A stretch of 63,870 bases of DNA, filler included, from Asterionella formosa (GCA_002256025.1; 11 parts of 11 records of this genome joined end to end with filler, not necessarily neighbours in it), one strand, 5' to 3'; positions 37,101-50,618 are shown, numbered from the whole stretch's first letter. The notes: a model not told the origin generated them from the letters alone. Translations and numbers: made by a program.

Positions 37101-38757
37101 TCCAGGACATGTTGAACCCTGGGTGTTGAGGCGAATTGATAGGATCATATATTTTGGTTCTGTGGAAGTGGCAGCCACCATTTCACAAACCTCAATGGTG
37201 TACAAATCAATCACAGTACTTTGATTGACAGAAAGTGCGCTTAGCATCGAGGATTCAGAAGAGCTACCAGGAGCCGTCACAATTGTGACCAAGTTTTGCT
37301 TCTCTTGTACTTGAAAGTTAAATCCAGCAGCAAGGTTGTACTGAATGTATAATTGGCCAACAACAATGATAACATATTCGTTGCGCGATATAGGTGATGC
37401 TTTGGCATAGTCTACAAAACCCACAAGTTTGCCCAACCAGGCCCCACCTGTTGCTGGGTTAACAGTGATTTGTTTGTCAGCATACCATCCAAGGACATAA
37501 TTCTTGTGTCCATTAAAGCACATTGCTGGTGATCCAGCACCAGAGTAGGAGTATCCCATCATGCAGCTCTGGTCATCATATGCTTTACCATTCTCATTTG
37601 AATGTTGAAGGCCTAGGTTATGTCTGCAAATAATTTAGGATCATAGGAATGAGTAGAAGTACAATATACAAGCAACTGATTTGTGGCACACTTGCTTACC
37701 CAATTTCATGCATTTTTGCACTTAGGCTAGAGCACCATCCTGTGCAAACAAATCAAGAAACAGAAGAGAAATGATTAGCTTCGAAATAAAATAATGGAGA
37801 GTTGCATGACTGAGACCGCACATACCATTGTTATAGTATGAATATTGTCCAGGTACATATGCATAGGCAAGCCAATTTTTTGAACCATTTGCATTGAAAG
37901 TTGTTCCATATGGCATGCAAAACATGATGTTGGAGAAAGTGCTCCCGAGGTCAGTAACACTAAGCAAAGCCTTAACAGCAGTTTTCATTGTGTTCTCAAG
38001 GTCAAAGATGTTTGTATTGTTCACAGATGCATTGAGTTGAAGCTCAATCACCCCATCTACGACTGTAGCAGGAAACCCATTGGCAGGAGAAAAGGTGAGC
38101 TTTCCTGCGGAACACGAGCTGTACTGAGCTGCCATGGAGTACTGCTGGCCACCAATACCAAAGGTGGCACTTGCAATACTTGCAGCAGAATCAGATTGGC
38201 TGGAAAAAGGCGCAGTGACACGTACAACAAGAACTGATCGGGAACCAGTCTGAGCTAAATGTCGCTGACGACCAGTAATACTGGCAACAAAGTGAATGTC
38301 AGTATTTGGGGGAATAACAATATAGTCTGGTTTTCCAAATTCAGTGCGAATAGCAGAACCACTAATGATGCATATACTGGACACTCCGGTGTCCAGCTGT
38401 ACCTTGTGCGCATTTACAAACGAGCTTGGGAGGTTGATAGAATATGTCATCTCCGACTCTCCATCGCCCTCCTGAGCCTCGTCAGTGCGACAGCGGTATG
38501 TTTGTTTGGCTACTTGATCAGCCATCATGACATGAACAACTGAAACTTGGCAGTAGAGACATGATCCAACTTGCTTCTCCACTCCAGGAGGGCCCTACAG
38601 TGAACGCGAAGGTCGGGGAGATTGTTAGTTCCCTGTTCAATTAGCGGGATCACAAAAAGAATGAAAACGGTTATAACGAACATACCTCGACGACCTGTGC
38701 AGCAGAGAGGGCCAACATCAAAGCAAGGCCTGCAATGAATACTTGTCCAAAAGTCAT
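36874..38757 (-). CDS. Gametolysin-like peptidase M11 (secreted metzincin) with Thr/Pro-rich stalk, 4 exons, 3' end lost at contig edge
   Basis: Exons 38757-38686, 38594-37826, 37739-37700 and 37623-<36874, all GT-AG and in frame. Signal peptide MTFGQVFIAGLALMLALSAA; RHL propeptide site; HEIG|HNLGLQH; Met-turn SCMMG; MCFNGHKNYVLGWY; TSAPTTAAPV repeats. Confidence 0.9.
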
Positions 38758-40429
38758 AATTTCGGGTAAGTTACTATTGTTTTTGCTTTGGGATTTATGT
38801 GACAGGTAGTTTGTGTTCTCCAGGATCATAAAAAATGCAAGGCATTCCTTTTTTACCATGATATGACTGTCGGGTGGCAATGCCGGTATAGCCTATACCT
38901 AATATGTACTTGGAGTATACATATTATTCACATTCAGTCATAGCATCTGAAATTGTGGTATCAGTCATTTCTTCTGTGGAACAATAGCTCCGATATCAAC
39001 TGAATGTAAATACAGGTAGCTATAGGAATAAGAGTCATTTTGACTAATGACTGAAATGACAATCTTGCATATCATATTAATCACCGTGTGCAAACTATAC
39101 TTCAAATGACCTGCACACAACTGATGAAAGAAATACTGGTACATGGCGCTTCTTCCAAGCACGCAACAGTGCTCCCTTGGAATGACCATTCAAGATCTTT
39201 CTCGCGCCACTCGTTTCCATGTTTTTCTGCTATATAAATGCTGTCTGTTTCCGTTTAGACATTCCTCAGACTACATCTATTCTTCTGACACCTGTCGATA
39301 ACAGGTACATTCCGATATAAAATAGCGGTAACATAAAAAAAAATTTGACACTGGTGTTTAATCTCACATACCGATACTTCACCGTTTATATATAATGCAA
39401 GTAAGTTCCGGTATTTGGGATATACATATACATATACAGCTATATAATTCGTATTTGTGAAATGGTGCAGTCATCAATCAAAAAGGCTTGATCGACCTTT
39501 GCTTCATCTTCTGAGTGTTTAAAGAAGTCAAACAATGCCCACGGATCAGTAGGCATCGGATATGCTTCACTATTGGCCTCTTTGAATCATGTAATCGTGG
39601 TGTCTAAATGACCCTTATATTTGTCATCAATCTTTATCTCGACCAAGCCATCATTGAGACTTCTTTCAGTTTGTGCATTGCATTTGCCTCCACCCTCATG
39701 CTTCACCAGACTCTTGGAAATCGTGCTACTGGTACGGGTATTTAGTACCAATATTTGTAATAATTTTAGAATGACTTTGTACAAGGCCTCCACCATATTC
39801 AATTGTGCCTGATTTTAAGTTCATGACTTCCAATACCGGTACTGGTACCAGTCAAAAACTGCTTAAAACCATTATGAAATGCTTCGACCACTGGGTAATC
39901 TTCCATTTTGTACTACAAACTTTTTCAATTTTAGAGATACGACAACATTTACTATGAAGAAAGTCATTTGTTTTACGCATGTACATCCATGATGTCCTTA
40001 CGCCCAATCAATGTTGTGTTCTAGTTGATGGAATAATCAAGTCCGAAAACGTTGAGTGCTTCACGTCGGAAGAAAACGTCATTGAGTTGGGACGACATTT
40101 CATCTGTATATTCGATACTGAATAAAATATTATACTACAAATAAATATAGCTTGTTTCAACGCTTTTCTTCAGTTGGATTATTAGTATCATGGGCCAATT
40201 CTGTGCGCAATCCCAGTTTAAATACCGGTATGCACGCTAGTTTCCACTATGGCAATGAAATGATTTTATACTACTACATCAAAATGATCAGTGCTTGTGG
40301 ATGACAGGTCCTGCATCAATCAAGTACTCCGCTGTGGTATAATGTCTATGAGCAGCAGCATCAATTGCTGTGGAATAATGTCTATGAGCAGTAGCATCAA
40401 TAATTGACCAATTGAAGCCAATCTTGGAG

Positions 40430-40600
40430 AATACATCCTTGTTGCAACTGTTGTAAGTCCCATGTCGCCAGCTTCCATCAATGCAGTTATACCATCCTTG
40501 TCAGCTGAGTTCTTGATATCTGCCCTCTACTTTTGCAAAAGCATGACAATTTCCAAGAATTTGGAGGAGGCAGCTGAAGCGAAGGCATTAGATTGATAAT
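40430..40600 (-). pseudogene. Ankyrin-repeat relic
   Basis: AFASAASSKFLEIVMLLQK*RADIKNSADKDGITALMEAGDMGLTTV. Confidence 0.5.
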
Positions 40601-43200
40601 GATTCCTTAATCGTTGTTTTACAAATAAGGTATACCAGGAAGGTCTGGAAGTGCACATTTTATACGCACCTTTTCATTTTCGACGCACTCTCAATGAATC
40701 ATCTCATGCTTGCCAGACGAGATAGGCCAGCTTTTGGTCAAAATAATTTTCCTTAAGTAATTTAGGTTGACTATTTGCAGATTCAGTCTCTGAACATAAC
40801 TCAAATTGGCTGACTGATGAATGAGTTCAAGATACATTCTTCTTGCTTCGGAATCCACATAGGAATACTATCTCCTTTCTATGATTAGAACTTGAGGAAA
40901 TGACTAGGATTTGCTGACAATTTCTAAAATTTTCTGACTTGGACTAGAACTTGTGAATAAGATTAGATTTTCTAAATGACTCTTGTGCCTTTGAAGAATA
41001 TACATGAACAAACACAACCACCACTATCCCCTCCTGATTGCCTTGCCAATACTAAACATATGCAAATGTAACGTCATATCTAAATACATGATGGTCACAG
41101 TCATTTTAACGCCAGATGTGACAGCCTTCTACCAGGGTACCTCTATTCTATTTGTAATATGGAATTGTGTGTTTTGTACATGGATAAGTTTTTCGTGAGT
41201 TCAAGTGTGTTTGAAATAGTTTTGATACATACATCATGATCAACTCACTAACACACCATGGCGTCATTGTTCCATCATTTCACTGCTGCCAAACTTGATG
41301 GCTGCCCACATTAATCATCCTCTTGGCGAATGCTTATTGAGCTTGGTAGGCCTTTCAGGAAGTCATTGAATAGTTGTTGCAGGTCGAAATGCACAAGCTA
41401 AGCAAGTTAAATAGTAAAGCATGTTTGATAATATTAAAATAAATGTTGATTTTTTCATTTTTTGGTTTGCTACTACTTTATTGAAACTGTACCTATTACG
41501 GGATGAACAAGTGAAAATTTATTACGATCTTGATTGTAAATATCCCAGTCATCAGTCGTTAACTCCAGAAAATAAAAAAGTCTTGTCTAGTACCTTTGAT
41601 GTCAGACATACCCTTACTGCTGGATACACATTCCATTTTGATTGCGTTCTGCTTCTCAATATCAACTAGAAGCTCTCTGTAGTACTTCAGTGTTTCATCA
41701 TTCCAGCAAAAAGTCAAGCCAATGATTCGGCTTGAACTGTTTACATTAAGGTTGTTGCATCCCTTCGCAGATCCACCAACCACAACAATTTCCTCATAGC
41801 TAGGTAGCGGCTTTAAGAAATTGTTTGGGAATATCAGTATCTTCACTAAGATACATGGTTTTCAGAGTGCTTTTTAATATAAATTTTCTTCCAATACTGA
41901 AATTGAATCACCAACATGTGCTCCATGTTGAAGACAATCTCTTTTCTTACTGAACATGTGCTTGTAAGATCTAACTGAGCCCAGTAAATATTGATCATGA
42001 GTCTTGATTCCTGTCCGTAAAATACTGATTGGAGCCAGCAATTGGAGAAGTGCTCAGTTGTGTTCGGAAAAACAATCACAGGTGTCAAGAAAAGCAAACT
42101 GAAACAGTGAAGTACTAGCCCAAACTATAGAATCGGATTTACTGTATTCCGTAAAGTGGGTTTCGATTACAGCAACTGAGATAAAGAATAAGCTCACAGA
42201 TATACTCAATAAACACAAAATAATTTAAAAAATCTTATTTAAAACCGCACGAATGAAATGATTCAATGTCAATTAGAAGTAACGCACATACCTCAAAATG
42301 TACTTCCAAAGAATAATTTCCGTTCCTTACAATTACTTGAAGATAGAAATCAGTTGCTCTATGAGAATCTTCTTCAACGCCATTCCAAATGCAATCTGGA
42401 AATTCAGCATCTTCCTTACTAATGGCAAGAGCAATTTCCCGGAAAACCGGAACATTTTGACAACCCGCCCGGTATGGCATTGTTGCATGTGCCTGTAATA
42501 GGCAAAGCAAGTGACGATGGCGATCTAAGGCACCCAGGAAGTGTGTTGAAATGGTCTGTACTCCTTCCCGCAGGCTGGGTCTCTCTTCACGTAGACTCTT
42601 ACGTGATCCTAGCACTACCTAGTACCACTTCCTTTCTCTCTTGTCTCTGCTTCTAGCCTTCCTGCTAGATAGAATAATTGACCTTCTTGTCAATTAACAC
42701 ACTGTTTCCTCGGTTGATACTAATCTAAACTCAAATTAAATTATAAGCTACACTAAATGTTTCCTTTGCTTCCCGCAAAATGGTTCTAAGACTCTCTTCG
42801 AGTTTCCACTTAAAATTTCCATAGAAATCTTCAATCTTTGATCTCGTTAGACAGCTAATTGACATGGCAATGTAATATTCGACTCGTTCGATCACAATCG
42901 AGTCCACAATCCTTNNNNNNNNNNNNNNNNNNNNNNNNNNNNNNNNNNNNNNNNNNNNTTAATTAATTAANNNNNNNNNNNNNNNNNNNNNNNNNNNNNN
43001 NNNNNNNNNNNNNNCATCGGAACTACCGGTACCAAGGGAGTACCTGGTACCAGGTAACAGGTACCAGGAGCCGTGGTAAGATCAAGATACCTGGTACCTG
43101 ATACCGTCTACCATGATGGAAACTTCTCCTTTTGCTGTACGTATACATTATATATTAATTTGTCTTACCGGTAGTCGATTGAGCAATCAAACAATCCACA

Positions 43201-44547
43201 ATGAGTAGCAGCAGCGACGAGGAAGAAGATATCGGTCAGCAGATCCGAGTCGCATTTGTGTTGGATGCTTCAGTCACCAATCGTGATTTGGAAGTACCTA
43301 CAGAGCCTATTGCTGTTCCCGCGGATTTGAGAAGAAAAGGTCTCTCTGCAGTCATCAATCATTTGCTAGGAAGACGCATTGGTGAAAATGATGAGAACGA
43401 AGATGACAAATCAGAGGCTTTGCCATTTGACTTTCTTATTAACGGGAAACTCTTGCGCACTGGCGTCGAATCAGCCGCTCGTCGGTATGGCCTCTCCTTG
43501 GAACACGCCATTCAGCTGACATATTTCCCGGCACAAGAAGCACCCCAAGAGTCGGGTAAGGGGCAACCTATTCCCGACTGGATTGGAACTTTGAAGTTTA
43601 GTAACAACCAGGTAGTGACTGGCGGGTACGATGGAGCTATTCGCCTTCATTCGGTTAGAGGTGACTTCTTGGAGACTGTGGGAACTGCCAAGGCTCATAG
43701 CGGACCTATCAAGTGTATGTCAGTGGCTGAACATCGTGGTGGAATCATGATTGCAACTGGATCCTTGGATCAAACTCTAGTTGTTTATACCTGCAACAAT
43801 GTTACGAATTCTTTGGACCTGCACGCCACCTATGCTGAAGGGCATACAGCATCGATTGGGTGCATCGATCTATCTCCGCAACGCATGGTAAGTGGAGATT
43901 GGGATGGTGGGCTCAGTATCTGGGACTTGAATGTGTCAAGAACTGAAGACGATAATAGAAACGGCGCCAAAAGGCAAAAATCATCCAACGGAGCGAACAA
44001 CAACACTTCAACAGCAGTCAAGCCTCTTGTCTCGTTTGGTGGTCATGGATCACAAATCAGTGGGGTGGCGTGGATCCCAAATTGCGACAACAAATTTGTA
44101 ACTGGCAGTTGGGACCATTCTGTCAAGGTCTGGGACGCTGAAAAGCAAGACTGCTTGCTTACCTTGAATGGCTCCCGAGTTGTCGCATGCATGGACTTGT
44201 CCTCTCATTCCCAAGTCCTCGCCACAGGGCATCCTGACTGCACAGTTCGACTGTGGGATGTTCGCACCAATAATACGGAATCTACCTCCCTCGTCGCCGA
44301 TTCTTCCTTGAAGCCTAGTCACAAGGGTTGGGTGAGTGCTGTGCAGTGGTCATCGAAAGATCCATATATTTTAGCTTCAGCAAGTCATGATGGAACTCTA
44401 AAGATTTGGGATATTCGATCTGCTCTGCCTCTGCATACTGTGAGGACTCATCCAAAAGACGAAAAGTCTTTGTGCTTAGCTTTTGGCGACAAAGGTTTCA
44501 TTTACACCGGAGGCACCGATTGTATAGTAAAACAGTACAAATGCTAG
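43201..44547 (+). CDS. WDR12: Ribosome biogenesis protein WDR12/YTM1 (NLE domain + WD40 repeats)
   Basis: PIAVPADLRRKGLSAVINHLL..FDFLINGKLLR (NLE domain), PDWI, TGSWDHSVKVWD, HKGWVSAVQWS and SASHDGTLKIWDIRS..PLHTV; intronless, 448 aa. Confidence 0.95.
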   Translation: MSSSSDEEEDIGQQIRVAFVLDASVTNRDLEVPTEPIAVPADLRRKGLSAVINHLLGRRIGENDENEDDKSEALPFDFLINGKLLRTGVESAARRYGLSLEHAIQLTYFPAQEAPQESGKGQPIPDWIGTLKFSNNQVVTGGYDGAIRLHSVRGDFLETVGTAKAHSGPIKCMSVAEHRGGIMIATGSLDQTLVVYTCNNVTNSLDLHATYAEGHTASIGCIDLSPQRMVSGDWDGGLSIWDLNVSRTEDDNRNGAKRQKSSNGANNNTSTAVKPLVSFGGHGSQISGVAWIPNCDNKFVTGSWDHSVKVWDAEKQDCLLTLNGSRVVACMDLSSHSQVLATGHPDCTVRLWDVRTNNTESTSLVADSSLKPSHKGWVSAVQWSSKDPYILASASHDGTLKIWDIRSALPLHTVRTHPKDEKSLCLAFGDKGFIYTGGTDCIVKQYKC

Positions 44548-47051
44548 TACGCGTATAGGTTGGGCTACTATTGGATCAATTCCGAAGAAACGACATATTC
44601 TTAATACTATTACTCGCAGTTCTTAAATCAGTACCGTATACTGGAATACAAAAGCAAAGTATGCACCTTCTATATTAAGCCAAAAGTTCAGTTACCGGTA
44701 GTACCTGGAAGTCTATGAATGTACTGGTTAACAAGTGGTACCTGGTACATCATATGGACTATTCTACCCAATCATGCCCACTGGGTTAGTAGGTTAACAG
44801 TGATAACTTCCAAAAAAATTTCTTACATGATCATATAGCCTGATTTTTTCTATAACCATAGCAAAGCCATCGTGCTATTTGTACCAGTAACGAGCCTAGC
44901 AAATTGACAAACACAGATCCAAAGAAGCAGCAGCAAGCAACCAAACATGTCTTGGGCAACAAAGACAAAAAGAAAGCAAGGACAACTTCAGGGCAATCCT
45001 CTGTGCTCTTGCATAGATTCTATGCCATAACATGGTAAAAAATGATGATAATGGAAATCATAAAGAAATGAAAGAAGGACCACATAGCCATGATATCCCA
45101 AAAGCTTACATTTGCTCATGGGTTAGAATATCAAGGACTACTGGCAAGAGTCAATCACTGACATCAGAGCACAATCAAGGACAAACAGAAAAAGCCAATG
45201 ACACCAGAGACAAATCAAGAATTACCAGCAAAAACTAGACATTAACATCAAGGACAAATCAATTACTACCAGCAAAGGCCAAGCAATGACATAATTCAGA
45301 AAACAATTAAGGATTAAATGACGTGAAAGAAAAATCATGAACTACCCCCAGCAAGAGCTGAATGACAATCTAATCTACACTCAAAATCCAATTCTCTCGC
45401 TGACATGAGCAGCGCAGTCACAGAGAATTGAACTAGTAGTAATGATGCTACCACATTTATTTACCCTCGAAACGAGTACTGTTGTAGCTCCTCACCTAAA
45501 GATTATTTCACCACTGACAGTAAGGATCTCGTTGTGAGACAACCATTTTTGCATGTGCTGCTCAGAATACAATAGTTGCAAATGGTACCAGTACTACCAC
45601 CACATGCAACCTTCACCGTAGTCAAATGTTTCTATTTATTGGGTTGTATTAACCTGTTTTTCCTACTGGTAAAACTTCTTCTTCGAGTTTCACCGAAGTT
45701 TTAGTGGGGTCTCTCAACAAAAGCCTATAGTATATTCTATGTTACTCCTTTCTTATTTTGGAAAAATCGGCCATTGAGATACCCCTTAAGCACAATATAG
45801 CACGAGAAAACCACTAACAATGTTAAATCAACCAGCTGATTGACAATGGTGGCGCTTTTGGTTGCATTGGTGAACTAATGAACTGGTAAAATGATAAAAA
45901 AGTAAAGGAATTAATGATTAGACATTATTATATTTGAAGCACCCTGACGATCTGATGAATCTATAGGCCATTTGCTAGGCAATTTGCATTCAAAGGCATT
46001 TCCAAAAATTGATCTCCCAAAAATCCATCTGTGAATCGCAATTTGCCTCGCCTCCATCACTACATCTGTCCATTGTAATACCTGTTTGTTGCTTCCCCTG
46101 TCCTCGCTGACCAGTTGAGTGTATCTTTGCTTGAAATCTCCGCCAATTGGTTCCTTGTCTGATTGGCTGCTGATGTCTGCCTTGCAGGATGTTTCTTGGA
46201 GTTCCAATATGCCAGTTTTCTTGCAAGTCAACCCGTTCCTTGTATTATCTTTATAGCTGCTTCCGTTAGAAAGTTGAGGTATGGAAATGGAAAACTGGAG
46301 TGAGATTCTGGAGGACAAAGATGTGCTGCAATATCTGGTCTGCTGGTCGTCACATACTGTTAGGAGGTGTTGATGTTTGTTTGCAACATGAAGGACTACC
46401 GGTACAATTACATCACCTCCAAGCAGCTGCCTAAACCCAAAAATTAACCAGGCTGATGTTATGTTCACAAAGCCTCTGGATTTTTGATGCCTTACCAGAG
46501 CTCAAATGCGCTTTGACGAAATGATTGTCGCGCGTACTTTTCAAGAAGTACGCGCGACTAGAATTTCTCATGATATTTGGAAAATTAAAAGCGAGGTCTG
46601 TGCACGATGCACAGAAGGAATCTTCCACATACCGAGGAAGTACGAAGTTTCCTGCACCTCCCGGTAAGCTAAAATGATATTTATACCGGTGTAATGTAAT
46701 GCATCATCATAAAACAATATTCGTCGGTTTAAAACGAGTAAGAAATCAAGGAAATACCGTCGAAGTGACAGGGGAATTCGATCCTTGCCTCAATCCTCTC
46801 GTCTGCGGGATCAGGTCATCTTGCGTACCAGTACTTTCTTCGCGGAACAAGAAATTGCAGTCGAGAAATCGAGGGATAGAGTGCGTACAGCACAGCACAG
46901 CACAGCACAGCACAGATAATCAGAATCTGACTGTCGAAACTACAGAACTGTTCACACCGATATATAGACTCAGCTCTCTCTTGGGCTGATATTAGAACAA
47001 AGTACCAGGCTGCCATTATTGCCTCCTCGCAACACTGATACCTGATCCCTG

Positions 47052-48491
47052 ATGATGATAGAAGGAGACCCAAATCTAAACGAAGCACCAATTGACGAGA
47101 AAGATCGCTACAATAAGTGGATTTTGGGACCTTTAGAATATTTCCTGTTGGTCAAACGAAATCGCCGCTACCGTCTCTATCTCTTTTCTCACCTCTGCCA
47201 GCATGCTGGTGATTGGTTCATTCGAATAGCGAGCCTCTTGACCGTTGAGCGCTTGGCTCCAGACAGTGGCAATGCTTTGAGCGTTCTTGTTGTTGTCAAG
47301 ATTGTTCCCCAAGTATTTTTATCCCATTTGGGGGGCGCTTTAGCAGACAAATATGATCGAAGAAAGATTATGCTGGCTTTGGACTGCATTGGGGCTGTCG
47401 CTGTTCTATTTTTCTTGGTGGCGATTCGATTTGAATCCTTGCCAATTTTCTATGTAGTGATTGGGATCAGAGCAACTATTCATTCACTGTATGAACCTGC
47501 TACCAAAAGCATTGTTCCGATGATTGTACCTGAGCCATCCAGTTTGAAGCGGGCTGCAACCATAAACAGTTTGGCTTGGGCATTCATGCTTGTCATGGGA
47601 GGCGTAATCGCTGGTGATTCTACAGCCTATATTGGTGTACAGGTCTGTTTCATCATTGACAGCGTTACTTATTTTATTTCTGCAATGGTTATTTCCTCCC
47701 TCAAAGGCGATTTCGCGGTGGTGCACAGAAATGATCCAACTCCTTCCATCGGGGTGTTCCCTGTGATCGAAGAAGGACTCAATGCCGAGCTTTCCGATGT
47801 ACGACCTCCGAGATCAATGTACCGGTTGCGTTTCACCTGTCAACCACTTGTCACATTTTGTCAAATGTTGAAAGAATTGATCCTGTATTTGCACATGTCA
47901 GGATTTGGAGGCTTAGTCTTCCTGAAGGCCAGTGGCTCTCTCATCTGGGGACCCGCCGATATTTTGAATGTTTCCTTTTCACATGTCAGTGGTGATGAAA
48001 TGGAAACTTCGAAGAGATTGGGTTACATGTTTTCTTGTCTCGGCATAGGGTATGCTCTCGGACCAATAGCAACAAATGTTTTTACAGACGCTACACATCC
48101 CAAGACTCTACAACTGGTTTGTGTGAGTTCCTTCATTTTCATGATGATTGGATGGATTGGGCTCAGTCAAGCTCCAACATTCAATGGCATTTTGGCACTT
48201 ACCATAGTTCGCGCTTTTGGTTCCGGTATTATATGGTTGAATTCTACCTTGTTGCTGCAGATGCTATCAAAGCCGGATCTACTAGGTCGCGTTTTGGCCT
48301 TGGAATTTAGCCTGGCGATGCTTGTCGATGCAGCTGTGGCCACGGTCACTGGAAAGCTTCACGACAATGGATTCACGGCTTCTCAGCTGTCAAGTGGAGC
48401 AGGCGCTCTGAGTGGTCTCATGTTCGCTACTTGGAGTATCTATCATTTATTCGGCAGAGGTGCGGCACGAAAAGTGTTCAATGAACAATGA
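47052..48491 (+). CDS. Major facilitator superfamily transporter (MFS_3/DHA3-like)
   Basis: RNRRYRLYLFSHLCQHAGDWF, GGALADKYDRRKIM (MFS motif A), YEPATKSIVP and LLQ...DLLGRV; ~12 hydrophobic segments. Confidence 0.92.
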   Translation: MMIEGDPNLNEAPIDEKDRYNKWILGPLEYFLLVKRNRRYRLYLFSHLCQHAGDWFIRIASLLTVERLAPDSGNALSVLVVVKIVPQVFLSHLGGALADKYDRRKIMLALDCIGAVAVLFFLVAIRFESLPIFYVVIGIRATIHSLYEPATKSIVPMIVPEPSSLKRAATINSLAWAFMLVMGGVIAGDSTAYIGVQVCFIIDSVTYFISAMVISSLKGDFAVVHRNDPTPSIGVFPVIEEGLNAELSDVRPPRSMYRLRFTCQPLVTFCQMLKELILYLHMSGFGGLVFLKASGSLIWGPADILNVSFSHVSGDEMETSKRLGYMFSCLGIGYALGPIATNVFTDATHPKTLQLVCVSSFIFMMIGWIGLSQAPTFNGILALTIVRAFGSGIIWLNSTLLLQMLSKPDLLGRVLALEFSLAMLVDAAVATVTGKLHDNGFTASQLSSGAGALSGLMFATWSIYHLFGRGAARKVFNEQ

Positions 48492-48652
48492 ACATGGAGC
48501 ATAACACGCTGTGGAGGTCCGAAGCAGTGTAGTTGTGTTCGCCTCGCAAATGCGGTTTAGCGGAGTTGCTTCGGTGGCGGAAAGAGGTAGGGAGTACGAC
48601 CTTGTTCTGCCATATCAGTCATTTCGGATCACTTTTTCCAATTTGTAAATAA

Positions 48653-49053
48653 ATGATGAAGCTGGTATTGATGTTGTCCTCCATCCGTCTCGTCCTTGCA
48701 TCATTGAATGCATCCAAAATAGTGAAGTTTTACGCCATGTCCGACGGACCGTTGGGAATCAAAGAACGGTCGCGTTTTGTAGATCAACTGCGTGGGCTCG
48801 ACACGAGATCAGATTTTGTAGTGCACCTTGGTGACATGCACGAGCGTCAAAAGGAATGTGACCATGATCAACTTCAATTTGTCGCTGATACCATGCGAAT
48901 GAATCTCCTCCAACCAACTTTCGTTTTACCCGGTGACAACGACTTCTATGAATGTGACAATCAGGCCTCCACATGGGAAAAGTGGACTAGCCTCTTTGTT
49001 GGTTTTGAGGACCACTGGACCCGTTCATTCATTGTTGCCCGGCAAGCAGATCG
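48653..49053 (+). CDS. Calcineurin-like metallophosphoesterase, secreted; 3' end lost at contig edge
   Basis: Signal-like N-terminus; FYAMSDGP, VVHLGDM and LPGDNDF motifs. Confidence 0.8.
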
Positions 49054-50218
49054 NNNNNNNNNNNNNNNNNNNNNNNNNNNNNNNNNNNNNNNNNNNNTTA
49101 ATTAATTAANNNNNNNNNNNNNNNNNNNNNNNNNNNNNNNNNNNNNNNNNNNNGCACCAGTACCCTGGTAACCGGTTCACATATTATGTATTTAAGAATG
49201 CCGGTGGGGGTGCCTGGTTTATCTGCCTTTTTAATGCCATCATTTTTATAGCTCACCATGGCATTATTACAATTTGAGCCCTCATTCATATGACTGCTGT
49301 AAGGTAATGGGTGGCTGGTGGAGAAATGTGGTCATTTCCTTGGGCAGAAGCATTCATGATAATTAATTGTTTTGAGGTACAATAGTACTGTTAGCTTGGT
49401 TTTCTTGAGCAGTCACTCTCATCATGATATGTCTTGCACAGGTGGGTGATTTCAATTTTAATCAACATCAATATATCAACCTCTTTTCATAGGACTGGAT
49501 TTTCGATCAAAAATTCTTCCAATTTTTGGCAAACTATTTGCTTTTATATCCCCAAAAGTATCAAATTTGATCCCATTTGATATTGATGCCTGATTGCTTT
49601 TCAAATACTGTATATATTTCTTGGTTTGCATCAGCATAAAGGTTGCGAAAAGCAGGTGGAATTTCTTTTTACACCACTATCTTGTGGGTATCTGATATAC
49701 TTACCCATCCAAGATCCTGTGAGGTTCTTCCCACCTTCATCTTTTGCAAGTTGGATGACATTGTGTACAATTGTAAGGAGTGTTACTTGAATATGCTCCT
49801 ATTCTTGATTTCTAGCTGTGATGTAGATGTTTATTCCTTTCATCATTCTGTAGATATTGGGAAAAACTGGCTCACCCTTGTCTATTAGTTGATAGCCTGG
49901 CTCCTGATAATTAGCCATCACTCATGTAGCTATGCATTGAGTGATTGTCCCCAATCAAGCTCAGCTATTATTTACCTTGACTCCTACTATGCTAATACAG
50001 AATAATACTACTAAACATATTTCGAAAGTACCAAGAAAAAAATTGAATGGAAGATGATGAAAAGTATTCATTCTCTATGAATCAAAGACTCTACTTTAAA
50101 TGAAAGCAACAAAAAACTACAACCTGTGGGTCAATACTGCATTGGTATAATAATGTAATCAACATTCATTTGTTCCTTCGTCTTTCTTTATATGTACTCT
50201 GAAGTATTTACTGCTACT

Positions 50219-50248
50219 CCTAATAATAATAATAATAATAATAATAAT
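50219..50248. repeat. (TAA)n microsatellite
   Basis: About 9 TAA units just downstream of the roadblock gene. Confidence 0.9.
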
Positions 50249-50282
50249 TCGTTTCATCTTGAGATTGTCCAACATGATCCTT

Positions 50283-50618
50283 TTACATCCCACTCATGTG
50301 TGGATTATGCCACACAACCATTGTATATTCATTGAAAGGGGCAATCAATATTTCCTTCTGTTGAGAATTGATGCGAATGAATTGCAAGTCACCACCACCA
50401 GTATCACCATCATCTTCCACCAGAGTTGATGCTGCCGTTGTAATTTTCAAAAGTAATGTAGCTTTTGGCAAGAGAGCGTCATTCGTCATGGAGATAATGT
50501 CTGTTCCATGCAAAATCAATACGGCTGATACACCCTTGTGAGCAGATAAACGTGCAACCGTTTCTTCCAGTTCCAAAATGGACGATGCTGCCCTTGGAGA
50601 CTCCTCTGTTGTCGTCAT
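50283..50618 (-). CDS. DYNLRB: Dynein light chain roadblock-type (LC7)
   Basis: ELEETVARLSAHKGV..., DLQFIRINSQQKEILIAP..EYTMVVWHNP. Confidence 0.85.
   Translation of the reverse strand: MTTTEESPRAASSILELEETVARLSAHKGVSAVLILHGTDIISMTNDALLPKATLLLKITTAASTLVEDDGDTGGGDLQFIRINSQQKEILIAPFNEYTMVVWHNPHMSGM

Noticed and set aside
36886..37224. Plus-strand GAAVVGAEVT repeat ORF
   Set aside because: Antisense shadow of the M11 peptidase stalk.
37621..37633. TGTCTGCAAATAA identical to the TIR-family terminus
   Set aside because: It is the TTTGCAG splice acceptor of the M11 gene; similarity stops after 13 nt.
45911..46628. 185-aa and neighbouring minus-strand ORFs
   Set aside because: No recognisable domain or consistent exon structure.
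48653..49900. Continuation of the metallophosphoesterase across the spacer
   Set aside because: The sequence after 49153 belongs to an unrelated contig and shows no matching motifs.
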